Shown here piece after piece: positions 51,853 through 61,640 of a stretch of 64,000 nucleotides of DNA (position 1 is the first letter of the stretch; each line of letters starts with the position of its first letter). This stretch comes from Opitutales bacterium (GTDB lineage: Bacteria > Verrucomicrobiota > Verrucomicrobiia > Opitutales > PNEW01), in assembly GCA_965197745.1 (NCBI GenBank), contig CBDANS010000006.1, forward strand, positions 928,001 through 992,000, read 5' to 3'. The notes under the pieces were generated by a model, which was given only the letters and a program-made list of their open reading frames with translations, had not been told where the DNA came from and did not search any database. Position numbers and translations under genes: made by a program.

Positions 51853-51982
51853 CGGCCACGATCAGTCGTCGTCCCGCGGTGGCGGGACTATGACCGACAG
51901 GCATCGCGTGGGCCTCCCATCTATTTCATGAGATACGAACGGGTGCCTTGCTTTTCTGGAGGGACGCACTCCGTTGCGTCCG
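51853..51982. repeat. REP family A pair with nested mini-element (51862-51901)
   Basis: cggccacga[tcagtc...gacagg]catcgcgtgggcctcc and tggagggacgcactccgttgcgtccg. Confidence 0.85.
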
Positions 51983-52060
51983 CATATTTCCCTGCACGAA
52001 CGCGTACTATTCACGGTTAATTCAGTCGTGCCTGGAGTTCGTAAAAGTCATGACTATTCG

Positions 52061-52228
52061 CCTGGATTGCCGCGTCACCCGCTTCTGCGGGTTCCTCGCA
52101 ATGACAAAATAATGAACATGCAGTATGTTCTGAATATACCCTTTACTAATTACACTACTATTGTCATAGCGAGGGAGGCTAAAAGCCGACCGCGGCTACC
52201 GCGCGCAGCGACATCTTCCACTCCAGGG
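52061..52228. repeat. REP family C composite element
   Basis: cctggattgccgcgtc...ctcgcaatgaca, spacer, tgtcatagcgagg...cactccagg; paralogous to 22750-22909. Confidence 0.85.
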
Positions 52229-52349
52229 GAATGTCAGTTGCATAACATCAGTCTCTGTATGGTAGGGTTCACCCTCAATCGAACGCTATCCAGTATACAA
52301 GTTAAAGATTAAAGCATAGTCGCATTACCGCACTCACGCATTTACCCCC

Positions 52350-55300
52350 TCATCCCCTCAACCACTTAAATTTTGTTTTCGCCTCTGACAGGAGCCGATG
52401 AAGCTCTTTGAAGTAATTTATCACCCCATTTTTAATATCCTCGAGGATGAGATAGTTAATCGGAATAAGGATGAGGGTTATAAAGGTGGCGAAGAGAATG
52501 CCAAACCCAAGCGAGACGGCCATAGGGATAAGAAACTGGGCCTGGGTGCTTTTTCCTAAAATTAAAGGAGACAGGCCGGCAAAGGTGGTCAGTGAGGTTA
52601 AAATAATCGGGCGAAAACGCGCCACCCCGGCGGTCCGCACCGCATCATGCAGCGTCATATTTTCCTTACGGCGACTGTTCACATAATGAACGAGAACCAG
52701 ACTGTCATTTACGACCACCCCGGTAAGCGCCAACATGCCGAAAGTACTGAGAATACTTAAATTCATACCCATAATAATATGACCCAGCACCGCGCCGACG
52801 AGGCCGAAGGGGATAACGGTCATTACGATCAGCGGTTGCACATAGGATTTGAAAGGGATCGCCATCATCGCATAGATCGCAAAAAGCACAAATAATGATC
52901 CCGTGTATAAGCTTCCAAAGGACTCGCGCTGTTCCCGCGCTTCCCCTTCAAAGCTCCAATTCACGCCGGGATATTGACTTGTTATACGGGGCAGAAACTG
53001 GATGAGATCTTCATTGATACCGGCAAGATCAGTTTCTTTCTTATTGATGTCTGCCCTGACATTGATGGTTCGGTTACGATTGACACGGCGAATCGTTGAG
53101 AACCCGCGTCCCATTTTTGCTTCGGCTACCGATGAAAATGGAACTTCTATTCCATCCGGCGTTCTGATGCGCATGGTCTCGAGGTTGGCGAGAGATCGGC
53201 GCTCATCCTCAGGATAGCGAATCATCACCCGCACATCTTCTCTTCCCCTCGGAATACGCTGCGCTTCCTGTCCAAAAAAAGCCTGTCTGACCTGCCGCGC
53301 AAGATCGGACATCGTAAGTCCGAGATGCTCAGCCTCGGGTTTGATCGCCAGCTTTATCTCCTGTTTGCCATCCTGAAAGGTATTGGTAATGTCAAATACT
53401 CCGGGATACTGTTGAAGACGCTCCTCAACGATCCCTACTATTTCTGATAAATCCTCAAAGTTTGAACCGGTAAGTTGAATATCGATTGGATCGCCTCCGC
53501 GCCCAATCTCGGCGCGAAAATTTAATTCCTCTGCACCGGGAATTACCCCGATCAGCTTCCTCCACTCGGCAACCAACTGGGTGCTCTTTACTTCAATGCT
53601 GCGTTCTTCAGGGGGTACGATCTGAAAGACAACCTCGCCTTTATGGGATTGCCCGCCACGGCCACCACCGCGACCACCGAATGATTCGCCCCCTAAAGTC
53701 GCGAGAATATGTTCAATTACACTCTCACCTGATTCAGGGTCGATATGTTTGTCACGAAGCTTCTCTGCCGCCGTTTCCATCCGGCTTACATGATTGGCAG
53801 TAATTTCTACTGGTGTTCCCAAGGGCATATCCAGGCGCGCCCTGGCTCTTTCACTTTGCACCCGCGGAAAGTAGGTAAAACGAATCCGCCCACTCATCAC
53901 CACCCCGAGAAAAAGAACAAAAACTCCAATAAAGATAGACAACGTAAGATAGCGACGTTTCATCGCCCTCGCCAAAATCGGTTTGTAATAAGAGACTACC
54001 AGCCACTCAAAACCATCGGCTATTTTTCGTTGCCAACGCGCTAATGGATTTAACTTCGCTCGGTCAACTTTACCCACTTTTAAATGTTTGAGGTGCGCTG
54101 GCAGGATAAGCTTGGATTCCACAATGGAAAAGAGTAACACCGGGATAACTATAGCGGGAATTTGGAAAAATATTTTCCCGCGAAAACCTCCAATCATCAA
54201 GAGGGGAGTGAATGCAATTATGGTCGTTAAGACTCCGAATATCACCGGTATGGCAACTTCCTGGGCTCCTACGGAAGCGGCTTCAACAGGATCTTCCTGA
54301 TGTTGCAAATGGGTAAAGATATTCTCACCGACAATAATCGCATCATCGACTACAATTCCGAGTACGAGAATGAAAGCAAAGAGACTGATAATATTGATCG
54401 TAACATCCAAAAACGGCATCAAGGCAATGGCTCCGAGAAAGCTTACCGGGATACCCAGACACACCCAGAAAGCAAGGGAAAATCGCAGTAATAAAGTAAG
54501 CAGGAGAAAAACAAGAAGCCCTCCCCACATCGTGCTATCGGTAAGGGTATTAAGACGGCCTTTGACTATTTTAGCCCGATCCTGCCAATAGCTGAGTTCA
54601 ACTCCTGGTGGCATTCTTCCCTGCGCATCGGCAAGGTATTCTTTTACGGTTTGCGCCAGTGTTATCGCGTTCTGGTCACCCACGCGCATGACGTCGATTA
54701 ATACGGCTTGCTTACCATTGAACCGCGCTAAAAGGGGGGTTTCCTCAAAGCCATCGCGAACGGTAGCTATCTCACCCAGTGTGAGTCGAGTGCCGTCTTC
54801 GCGCGTGAGCAAAATGATTTTCTCAAAATCCTCCTGCACGTAAGCCTGCCCCTTGGTGCGTAAAAGGATCTCCCCTCCACGGGTCTTAATCGCGCCCGCG
54901 GGAAGATCGATCGATGAATTACGCACCGCGCGCGTGACTTGATCGAAACTGAGACCGTGACGTCGCAATGTATATTCCGATACTTCTATGGAAATCTCAT
55001 AGGGGCGCACTGCTTTAAGAGCAACCTGGGTAATGCCGGGCAGGTTGGCAATTTCATCGCGTACTTGATCACCCAATCGCCGGAGTTCACGCTCGCTCAA
55101 ATTACCCGATACCACGACATTGATCACCCGGCTGCTGCGCTGTGCTACATTGATAATCGGTCTCTCTGTTTCGTCGGGAAAAGTAGAAATGGCATCAATA
55201 CGGTTCTTAATATCGTCGAGCAATTCGCGCGGATCATAACCACTGTCCACCTCGATCATTACTGAGGCCACACCCTCGGATGAAGTAGAAATAATTTCCT

Positions 55301-55538
55301 CGATGCCTTCGAGATCCTGTATCGCTTCTTCAATACGGATGACGACCCCCTCTTCAACCTCAGACGGAGTAGCTCCGCGATAAGGCATGCTAACGGTGAT
55401 ACGGTCGATATCGAAATCGGGGAAGACCTCGAGCGGTATTTTGTAGGCGAGGGAAAAGACACCCGCCATTATAATTGTAACCATGAGGAGGTTAGCCGCT
55501 ACACCGTTACGCGTAAACCAATTGATTAACCCATTCAT
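52350..55538 (-). CDS. RND efflux permease (AcrB/AcrD/AcrF family)
   Basis: 1062 aa; GIVVDDAIIVGEN, GVVVNDSLV and RFRPIILTSLTT motifs. Confidence 0.95.
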   Translation of the reverse strand: MNGLINWFTRNGVAANLLMVTIIMAGVFSLAYKIPLEVFPDFDIDRITVSMPYRGATPSEVEEGVVIRIEEAIQDLEGIEEIISTSSEGVASVMIEVDSGYDPRELLDDIKNRIDAISTFPDETERPIINVAQRSSRVINVVVSGNLSERELRRLGDQVRDEIANLPGITQVALKAVRPYEISIEVSEYTLRRHGLSFDQVTRAVRNSSIDLPAGAIKTRGGEILLRTKGQAYVQEDFEKIILLTREDGTRLTLGEIATVRDGFEETPLLARFNGKQAVLIDVMRVGDQNAITLAQTVKEYLADAQGRMPPGVELSYWQDRAKIVKGRLNTLTDSTMWGGLLVFLLLTLLLRFSLAFWVCLGIPVSFLGAIALMPFLDVTINIISLFAFILVLGIVVDDAIIVGENIFTHLQHQEDPVEAASVGAQEVAIPVIFGVLTTIIAFTPLLMIGGFRGKIFFQIPAIVIPVLLFSIVESKLILPAHLKHLKVGKVDRAKLNPLARWQRKIADGFEWLVVSYYKPILARAMKRRYLTLSIFIGVFVLFLGVVMSGRIRFTYFPRVQSERARARLDMPLGTPVEITANHVSRMETAAEKLRDKHIDPESGESVIEHILATLGGESFGGRGGGRGGQSHKGEVVFQIVPPEERSIEVKSTQLVAEWRKLIGVIPGAEELNFRAEIGRGGDPIDIQLTGSNFEDLSEIVGIVEERLQQYPGVFDITNTFQDGKQEIKLAIKPEAEHLGLTMSDLARQVRQAFFGQEAQRIPRGREDVRVMIRYPEDERRSLANLETMRIRTPDGIEVPFSSVAEAKMGRGFSTIRRVNRNRTINVRADINKKETDLAGINEDLIQFLPRITSQYPGVNWSFEGEAREQRESFGSLYTGSLFVLFAIYAMMAIPFKSYVQPLIVMTVIPFGLVGAVLGHIIMGMNLSILSTFGMLALTGVVVNDSLVLVHYVNSRRKENMTLHDAVRTAGVARFRPIILTSLTTFAGLSPLILGKSTQAQFLIPMAVSLGFGILFATFITLILIPINYLILEDIKNGVINYFKELHRLLSEAKTKFKWLRG

Positions 55539-56863
55539 GTTGAACTTTCTCTTTCCGTCTCCCGTTCTCCCGCTACCTTAGGGTCGTTGTCTTCAGGAGT
55601 TGCTTGCAGCGATTCCGGCGGAGGTTCGCTCTGCTTGGATTCGCTCGTAATTTCCGCGCCTCTATTCATTTTTCGTTTCATATTTGGAGGACTTTCGCCG
55701 ACATAGTGGGGAACAACTTGCGCCCCTTCTGCTGCATAAGGGAGTGGCGTCAGGCAGAGGACCTCACCTGGCTCTAACTGTTTTCGCACAACCACATTTT
55801 CTGAATCGCTCCAGACAATTTCCACCACTCTACGAATCAATTTATTATCTCCATCTATAAGGAGTACTTCACGCCCTTCACGCAAAGTTGATCGCGAGAT
55901 GACAAAGACATCTCTAAGGACGTCACCCATAATTTCGGCTTCGACAAACTGCCCTGCTTTTAATGGCGGTCGATTAGCCACGCTGCGTCCGTAAGGATCG
56001 TCCACTTGTGCGACGACAAAAAGCTGACGGCTCCGTGTATCAATAGCTCCTTCCGTTCGCACAATTTGTCCCTCCCAGGTATGACGCTGCTCACCAAATG
56101 ATGCCCCGAGAATAACCTTAGGCCCTGATTCTAATTCCCCGGCACTTTCACCACGGTAAATTTCCGGCAGTTTAACAAAGGCTGTCTCGATATCACTGAG
56201 CGGCAGGCGTATTTCGGCATAATCGACAGCGTATATACGCGCCAGAACAGTGCCGGGTGTTACGTATTGCCCGACATCGACACGCTTTTCAAGAATCCTT
56301 CCCGCGTAAGGAGCCTTTATTTGTGTTCGCTCTAATTCGCGCCTGGACTGATCCCGCCGTGCGCTAGCGGAGGCAACTGCCGCCTTCGCATCTGTCAATT
56401 GCGGCTGACGCAATACGAGGGCGCCCGGATCACTGCCATCTCCCAGCTTTTTCCAATCCTCCAAAGCCTGTTCAGAACGTGCCTCCTCCTCGACATAATT
56501 AAGTTCTGCTTTGGCCAGATTGGCTTCGGCTACAACTAAAGCAGTCTCATAATCACTCTTCTCAATGGCGAGCAGGACATCACCCTCCTCGAAAAATCCG
56601 CCTTCACGAAACGCGGATGAGACAAATTCGATTCGTCCAGATACTTGAGGGATGAGGGTGCTTTCCGTTCGCGGCCTTACCGTGCCTTGCGTTTGAATGA
56701 CTACGGGATAATCTTTAAGCTCTAACCGAACAGCATCGACATGGGTTATGGACGGTGGTGGTTTTCGCCGCGGAGGTTTTTCCTTGGTGACTATCATCAC
56801 AAAGGCAATAACCATACAGGTAAATACAACAATAATCGGTAAAAAGATTTTAAAATCATTCAT
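55535..56863 (-). CDS. RND periplasmic adaptor (MFP)
   Basis: PQVSGRI, TQIKAPYAGRI and VGQYVTPG motifs; start moved to ATG 56863. Confidence 0.92.
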   Translation of the reverse strand: MNDFKIFLPIIVVFTCMVIAFVMIVTKEKPPRRKPPPSITHVDAVRLELKDYPVVIQTQGTVRPRTESTLIPQVSGRIEFVSSAFREGGFFEEGDVLLAIEKSDYETALVVAEANLAKAELNYVEEEARSEQALEDWKKLGDGSDPGALVLRQPQLTDAKAAVASASARRDQSRRELERTQIKAPYAGRILEKRVDVGQYVTPGTVLARIYAVDYAEIRLPLSDIETAFVKLPEIYRGESAGELESGPKVILGASFGEQRHTWEGQIVRTEGAIDTRSRQLFVVAQVDDPYGRSVANRPPLKAGQFVEAEIMGDVLRDVFVISRSTLREGREVLLIDGDNKLIRRVVEIVWSDSENVVVRKQLEPGEVLCLTPLPYAAEGAQVVPHYVGESPPNMKRKMNRGAEITSESKQSEPPPESLQATPEDNDPKVAGERETERESST

Positions 56864-56876
56864 GGTGTCACTGAAC

Positions 56877-58346
56877 TTAAGAATCTTTGCCATCCACACG
56901 TGTCTCAATCCCGCTGTGCGCGGTTGAATCCGGCAAACCAAAATCACCCCCGAGAGCGAGATAGAGATCAATCCGGTTCTGCAGTCGCTGATTGGATATC
57001 TGTAAAAGTTGTCGCTTTGAATCAAAAGCCCGGCGCTGCGATTCTAAAACGGTTACTATTTCCGTTAATCCTTTTTGGTATTGATCCCAAGCCAGGTCTT
57101 CAGCCTCTAAAGCTTCTTCGGCTCCATTGCGCAAGGCTGACTCCTGTTCCTTGAGATAGACTTCCGCTGAAAGCGCACTTTCAACTTCTCGAAAGGCTTG
57201 AAGCGCGGTCTGACTATAATCTGCCAAGGCCTGTTCCCGACTAGCCTGTGATCGATCGACACCTGCCGCCAGTCTTCGCCCTTGATATAGGGGTTGTGTT
57301 AAATTACCAATAAGACTCCAAACAGTGAAATCGGTATTAAGAATCTCGGAAAGATCATTGGTGCTGGTCCCCCCGCTTGCCGTCAATCGGATAGATGGGA
57401 GTTGATTTTTTTTCGACTCTTTCACCCGACTATCAGCCGCGGCAAGGCGACGTTCTGCTGCCTGTATATCCGGTCTCCTTCCCAGGAGCTCCGCGGGCAA
57501 CCCCACAGGAACAGGTTGCGTAATTAAGGGTAAGTCACTGGCAACAGCCAATTGATAAGCTGGGTAGCGCCCCATGATGACTTCAAGAGTGCGTACATCC
57601 GCGTCACGCTGGCGCATCCTTGAATGCAGGTTACTCCGGGCCGCCGCTACATTGGTACGGGTTAACCGCACATCGAGGGCGCGGATGATGCCCCTGCGAA
57701 ATCGCTCTTCTACGACCTCAAGATTATCTTCAAAACTTTTTACGGTTTCTTCGGCCAGTCTCAGTTGTAACTCCGCCTCGATGGCATTAAACCATGACTT
57801 CGAGGTGCGCCCGGCTAAGGATAAACGCGCCGAGCGATAATCGGATTCCGATGCTTCGAAATCAGCGACGGCTGCCCGAGCCCTGTCACGCAATCGACCC
57901 CAAAGGTCTATTTCCCAGTTGATATCAAAAGAAATGCCAAATGTGTCGGTGCGATTACTGGTTAGGGCAAAACCGCTTGTCCCCGTTCGCTGACGACGTG
58001 CCCCACTTACACCCGAGTTGATTTGTGGATAGCGGTCTGCTCCCAAGATTATGGTGTTGGCGCGAGAGATTTCAAGCCGTGCCGCTACCGACTGCAGATT
58101 ATAGTTGTGCGCCAGTGCTTGAGCGATCATCTCGGGAAGAAGCGGGTCCTCTATATCTTTAAGCCAACCACTGGAAAATGGCGGCAGCGATTCTTCCCCA
58201 AGCGCTGTCCATTTTACAGGAGTCTTAATATTGAGCTCGCCGGATTGATCCTTGGGCGGCGTGTTACACCCCGCCAGCAGCAATAAGATAACCAGGAAAT
58301 TCAGTGATCCGTTTCTTATCATTTTTATATCCATGTTGCTTTCCAC
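56877..58346 (-). CDS. RND outer membrane factor lipoprotein (NodT/OprM-like)
   Basis: Lipobox LLAGC, WEIDLWGR, PAELLGRRPDI and LYLALGG motifs. Confidence 0.93.
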   Translation of the reverse strand: MESNMDIKMIRNGSLNFLVILLLLAGCNTPPKDQSGELNIKTPVKWTALGEESLPPFSSGWLKDIEDPLLPEMIAQALAHNYNLQSVAARLEISRANTIILGADRYPQINSGVSGARRQRTGTSGFALTSNRTDTFGISFDINWEIDLWGRLRDRARAAVADFEASESDYRSARLSLAGRTSKSWFNAIEAELQLRLAEETVKSFEDNLEVVEERFRRGIIRALDVRLTRTNVAAARSNLHSRMRQRDADVRTLEVIMGRYPAYQLAVASDLPLITQPVPVGLPAELLGRRPDIQAAERRLAAADSRVKESKKNQLPSIRLTASGGTSTNDLSEILNTDFTVWSLIGNLTQPLYQGRRLAAGVDRSQASREQALADYSQTALQAFREVESALSAEVYLKEQESALRNGAEEALEAEDLAWDQYQKGLTEIVTVLESQRRAFDSKRQLLQISNQRLQNRIDLYLALGGDFGLPDSTAHSGIETRVDGKDS

Positions 58347-58351
58347 AGAAT

Positions 58352-59005
58352 TTACTTAGCGCGGAACCCCGCACAGATAAAATCGATTAATCGTGTAACC
58401 ATCCCTTGAATATCTTCGGGGTCGCACAGGTCCTTGGAAGTATTTTTTACCCGCTGCCTTGTCATCATCGATGAAAGCATCAGGGATAGAGCAAAATGAA
58501 ACCGCCAATGGATTTCTGCCGTTTCGAGCTCCGGCATCGTTTCACTCAAGGCCTCTAATATTTTGGATACTAGTATCTTGAAATGCCCCTCATACACTGC
58601 TTTACTCAGCGACGGTTGCTCTGATCCCGCGCTCTCTATTATGTGAATAATATTCATCGTGTCTTTATCTGTGTACGGCGCTTCCGAATGAAAAAAGGGC
58701 AGAAATAATGCCTCAAATATCTTTTCGAGAGGAATGGGCTGACCTGCCGCTTCGACTCTATATTTCTCGAGCAAGGCATAGCGCCGCTCGTTTACGGGTT
58801 CAACCCGCCGCCTGATGAGCTCATTCAGCATCTCTTCTTTCGAGCCAAAATGATAATTGACGGAGGCCACGTTCGCATCCGCTTCCCTTGTAATTTGTCG
58901 TAAAGATGTGGCCTTGAATCCGTGCTCCGCAAACAGACGCTGCGCCGTGTTCAAGAGACGCTCGCGTGTGTCAGGTTGACTGGGTATGGCTTTTTCCGCT
59001 TCCAT
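58352..59005 (-). CDS. TetR/AcrR family regulator
   Basis: TRERLLNTAQRLFAEHGFKATSLRQITREADANVASVNYHFGSKE. Confidence 0.93.
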   Translation of the reverse strand: MEAEKAIPSQPDTRERLLNTAQRLFAEHGFKATSLRQITREADANVASVNYHFGSKEEMLNELIRRRVEPVNERRYALLEKYRVEAAGQPIPLEKIFEALFLPFFHSEAPYTDKDTMNIIHIIESAGSEQPSLSKAVYEGHFKILVSKILEALSETMPELETAEIHWRFHFALSLMLSSMMTRQRVKNTSKDLCDPEDIQGMVTRLIDFICAGFRAK

Positions 59006-59007
59006 TT

Positions 59008-59032
59008 AAACATTTGTTTAAAACAAATGTTT
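59008..59032. promoter_or_regulatory. Putative TetR operator (perfect 12-1-12 inverted repeat)
   Basis: AAACATTTGTTT-A-AAACAAATGTTT ending 2 nt before the tetR ATG; minus-strand TTGACA at 59049-59054. Confidence 0.8.
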
Positions 59033-59142
59033 GATATTAAAGGGAGATTGTCAAATGGTTTTTACTAAAAGGTATAATTGGTTATGAATTAATAAGATAA
59101 GTAATAATTTGTCCGGGGTAGGTGGACTTCATTGTCTTCACT

Positions 59143-59372
59143 TGTCATTGCGAGGGGGCTATCAGCCGACCGTGGCAATCCAGGGGGATGTAAGTTGCGT
59201 TAATTAAATCTACAGATGTTAGGATGTTTATATGATATTCCGTTTTTGTGCTTTTAAAGATGTCGCCCTCGGTTGCGCAGCGACATCTTTTATTCTCGGG
59301 GTCTGTCGGTTACGTGTTGACATTCCCCTGGATTGCTTCGTCTCCCGCAGTTGCGGGATCCTCGCAATAACA
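59143..59372. repeat. REP family C inverted pair
   Basis: tgtcattgcgagg...gtggcaatccagg and cctggattgcttcgtc...ctcgcaataaca; internal hairpin aaagatgtcgc...gcgacatcttt. Confidence 0.85.
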
Positions 59373-59543
59373 ATAAAAAACCTTATTATGAAGTCATTCT
59401 ATTTTTCCCAACTTCCAGATTTAGGGAATGATTACTTGGTAAGATGCTCTTAACTACCATCGAGAAAGATTGAATATTTAACTCATTTAGATTACACGAA
59501 AAGTGGAACGAGTCGCCCTTACTCAATAGTGTTCTTAATTTTA

Positions 59544-61640
59544 ATGAAAAGATACCGCGTCGTTATATATGCCATACTAATCCTTTACTCGATGGGTAAT
59601 GGCTTGGGGGCTGAGTCGGTGCGCGACCAATATGTCGAAGCAGAGCTCATCTCGGAGTTCAGCTCTGTGCAGCCGGGGCAATCTTTTACCGTTGCTTTGA
59701 AACTTAAGCATGATGAGGGCTGGCATACTTACTGGAAAAACCCGGGAGATGCGGGCCTTGCTACCGGGATCACCTGGGATCTGCCCGATGGTTTTACCCC
59801 GGGCCCGATTCAATGGCCAACACCACACCAACTGCCTTTTCAAGGCGGCATTAATTATGGTTACGAAGGGACTGTTCTTCTTCTCGTAGATATTGAATCC
59901 CCCGAAAATTTAAAGGAAAGTGAAGTCCGTTTGTCTGCGGTTGTTGATTGGTTAATGTGCGAAAACGTATGCATACCAGGCAGAGCAGAATTAACCCTGC
60001 CGTTGAAGGTGAATGATAATCCATCGGAATATGATGCTAAATGGCACTCCGTGTTCGCGAAAACGCGTCAAGGATTGCCGCGTGAACTCACTGCATGGGA
60101 AGTTAAAGGGTATAATGATGGCGATTTAATATCACTTTTAATTACCCCGGATGAAGATGCGCAAAAGGATATAAAAGATGCTTATTTCTTTTCCGGAGAC
60201 GCGCAAATCGATTCCAATGCTTTACAATCTCTGAAAAAAAAGGGTGCCGGGTACTGGCTGTCTTTAACCCGTTCAAGCTACGCTGATGATGCTTCTAAAA
60301 GTTTGCCCGGAACGCTTTATTCGGAAGCCGGATGGCTTGCGGATGGCAGTGTCACCGCAATGCAAATTGATCCCCAGTTAATTTCGGGTCCCCCGCCAAT
60401 CACTGAATCCTCAACACCTCCATCAAGTTCGGCGGCAACACCGGGAAAATTAATCGTAATTCTTGGCCTGGCCTTTGTCGGGGGACTGATTCTAAACCTT
60501 ATGCCCTGTGTATTTCCTGTCCTCGGATTAAAGATCATGGGGTTTGTGCATCAGGCGGGAGAAGACCGTCGTAAAATAACACAGCATGGGCTGGTTTTTA
60601 CTTCAGGTGTGCTTGTCTCTTTCTGGCTACTAACAGGGATACTCATCGCTCTAAGAGCGGGAGGAAAAGAACTCGGTTGGGGCTTTCAACTTCAATCGCC
60701 AGCCTTTGTCTTCACCCTTGCTGTCGTGATATTCGTCTTCGCCATGAACTTGAGCGGAGTTTTTGAAGTGGGAGGATCGGCCGTGGGAATCGGAAGTAAG
60801 CTGACCGCGATGTCCGGGCTGACGGGTTCCTTTTTCACTGGCGTCCTCGCGACAGTGGTAGCAACTCCCTGCGCGGCGCCTTTTCTCGCACCTGCGCTGG
60901 GTGCCGCACTAACGCTTTCATCATTTGAATCATTGATCGTATTTACCGCTATAGCTCTCGGTTTGTCGCTACCCTATCTGCTCCTTTCTATTTTTCCGGG
61001 CATGGTTAATATGCTGCCACGCCCTGGAGATTGGATGGAAACGTTTAAACAGCTACTCGCTTTTCCCCTCTATGCAACGACCGGTTTTCTCCTATGGGTT
61101 CTTGCCGGGCAGATTGAAGAATTCAGTTTGCTGAGCGCCATTATCGGAATTGTCTTAATCGCGCTGACCTTCTGGTTTTACGGGCGTTTTACGACACCCT
61201 CGCGAAATAGAGTTGTTCGCCGTTGGGCACAAGTGGGGTCAATCGCCTTTCTCGGTTTAGGTTTATTTATCGGTTACCCTCTTGAAAAAAAATCAGGCAT
61301 CGAGTGGCAAGTGTGGTCACCCGATAAAGTAATAGCATTACAGGCTGAAGGGCATCCCGTGTATGTGGACTTTACCGCAAGGTGGTGCGCAACCTGTCAA
61401 ACAAACAAAGCAGCGGTATTTTCTTCAAACGCGGTTATTAAAACTTTTCGCGAGAAAAGAATCGTGGCCCTTAAAGCAGACTGGACACGTTTTGACCCTT
61501 TAATCACAGATACGCTGGCGACTTTTGGCCGTTCTGCGGTCCCCTTTAACCTTATTTATGATCCGGATCATCGCGACCCTGTTATCCTCCCTGAATTGCT
61601 TACTCCCGGGATTGTCCTCGATGCTCTCAACCGGCTTTAA
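59544..61640 (+). CDS. dsbD: Protein-disulfide reductase DsbD family
   Basis: WHTYWKNPGDAG, CENVC, LNLMPCVFPV, ATPCAAP, PRPGDWM and DFTARWCATC motifs. Confidence 0.9.
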   Translation: MKRYRVVIYAILILYSMGNGLGAESVRDQYVEAELISEFSSVQPGQSFTVALKLKHDEGWHTYWKNPGDAGLATGITWDLPDGFTPGPIQWPTPHQLPFQGGINYGYEGTVLLLVDIESPENLKESEVRLSAVVDWLMCENVCIPGRAELTLPLKVNDNPSEYDAKWHSVFAKTRQGLPRELTAWEVKGYNDGDLISLLITPDEDAQKDIKDAYFFSGDAQIDSNALQSLKKKGAGYWLSLTRSSYADDASKSLPGTLYSEAGWLADGSVTAMQIDPQLISGPPPITESSTPPSSSAATPGKLIVILGLAFVGGLILNLMPCVFPVLGLKIMGFVHQAGEDRRKITQHGLVFTSGVLVSFWLLTGILIALRAGGKELGWGFQLQSPAFVFTLAVVIFVFAMNLSGVFEVGGSAVGIGSKLTAMSGLTGSFFTGVLATVVATPCAAPFLAPALGAALTLSSFESLIVFTAIALGLSLPYLLLSIFPGMVNMLPRPGDWMETFKQLLAFPLYATTGFLLWVLAGQIEEFSLLSAIIGIVLIALTFWFYGRFTTPSRNRVVRRWAQVGSIAFLGLGLFIGYPLEKKSGIEWQVWSPDKVIALQAEGHPVYVDFTARWCATCQTNKAAVFSSNAVIKTFREKRIVALKADWTRFDPLITDTLATFGRSAVPFNLIYDPDHRDPVILPELLTPGIVLDALNRL

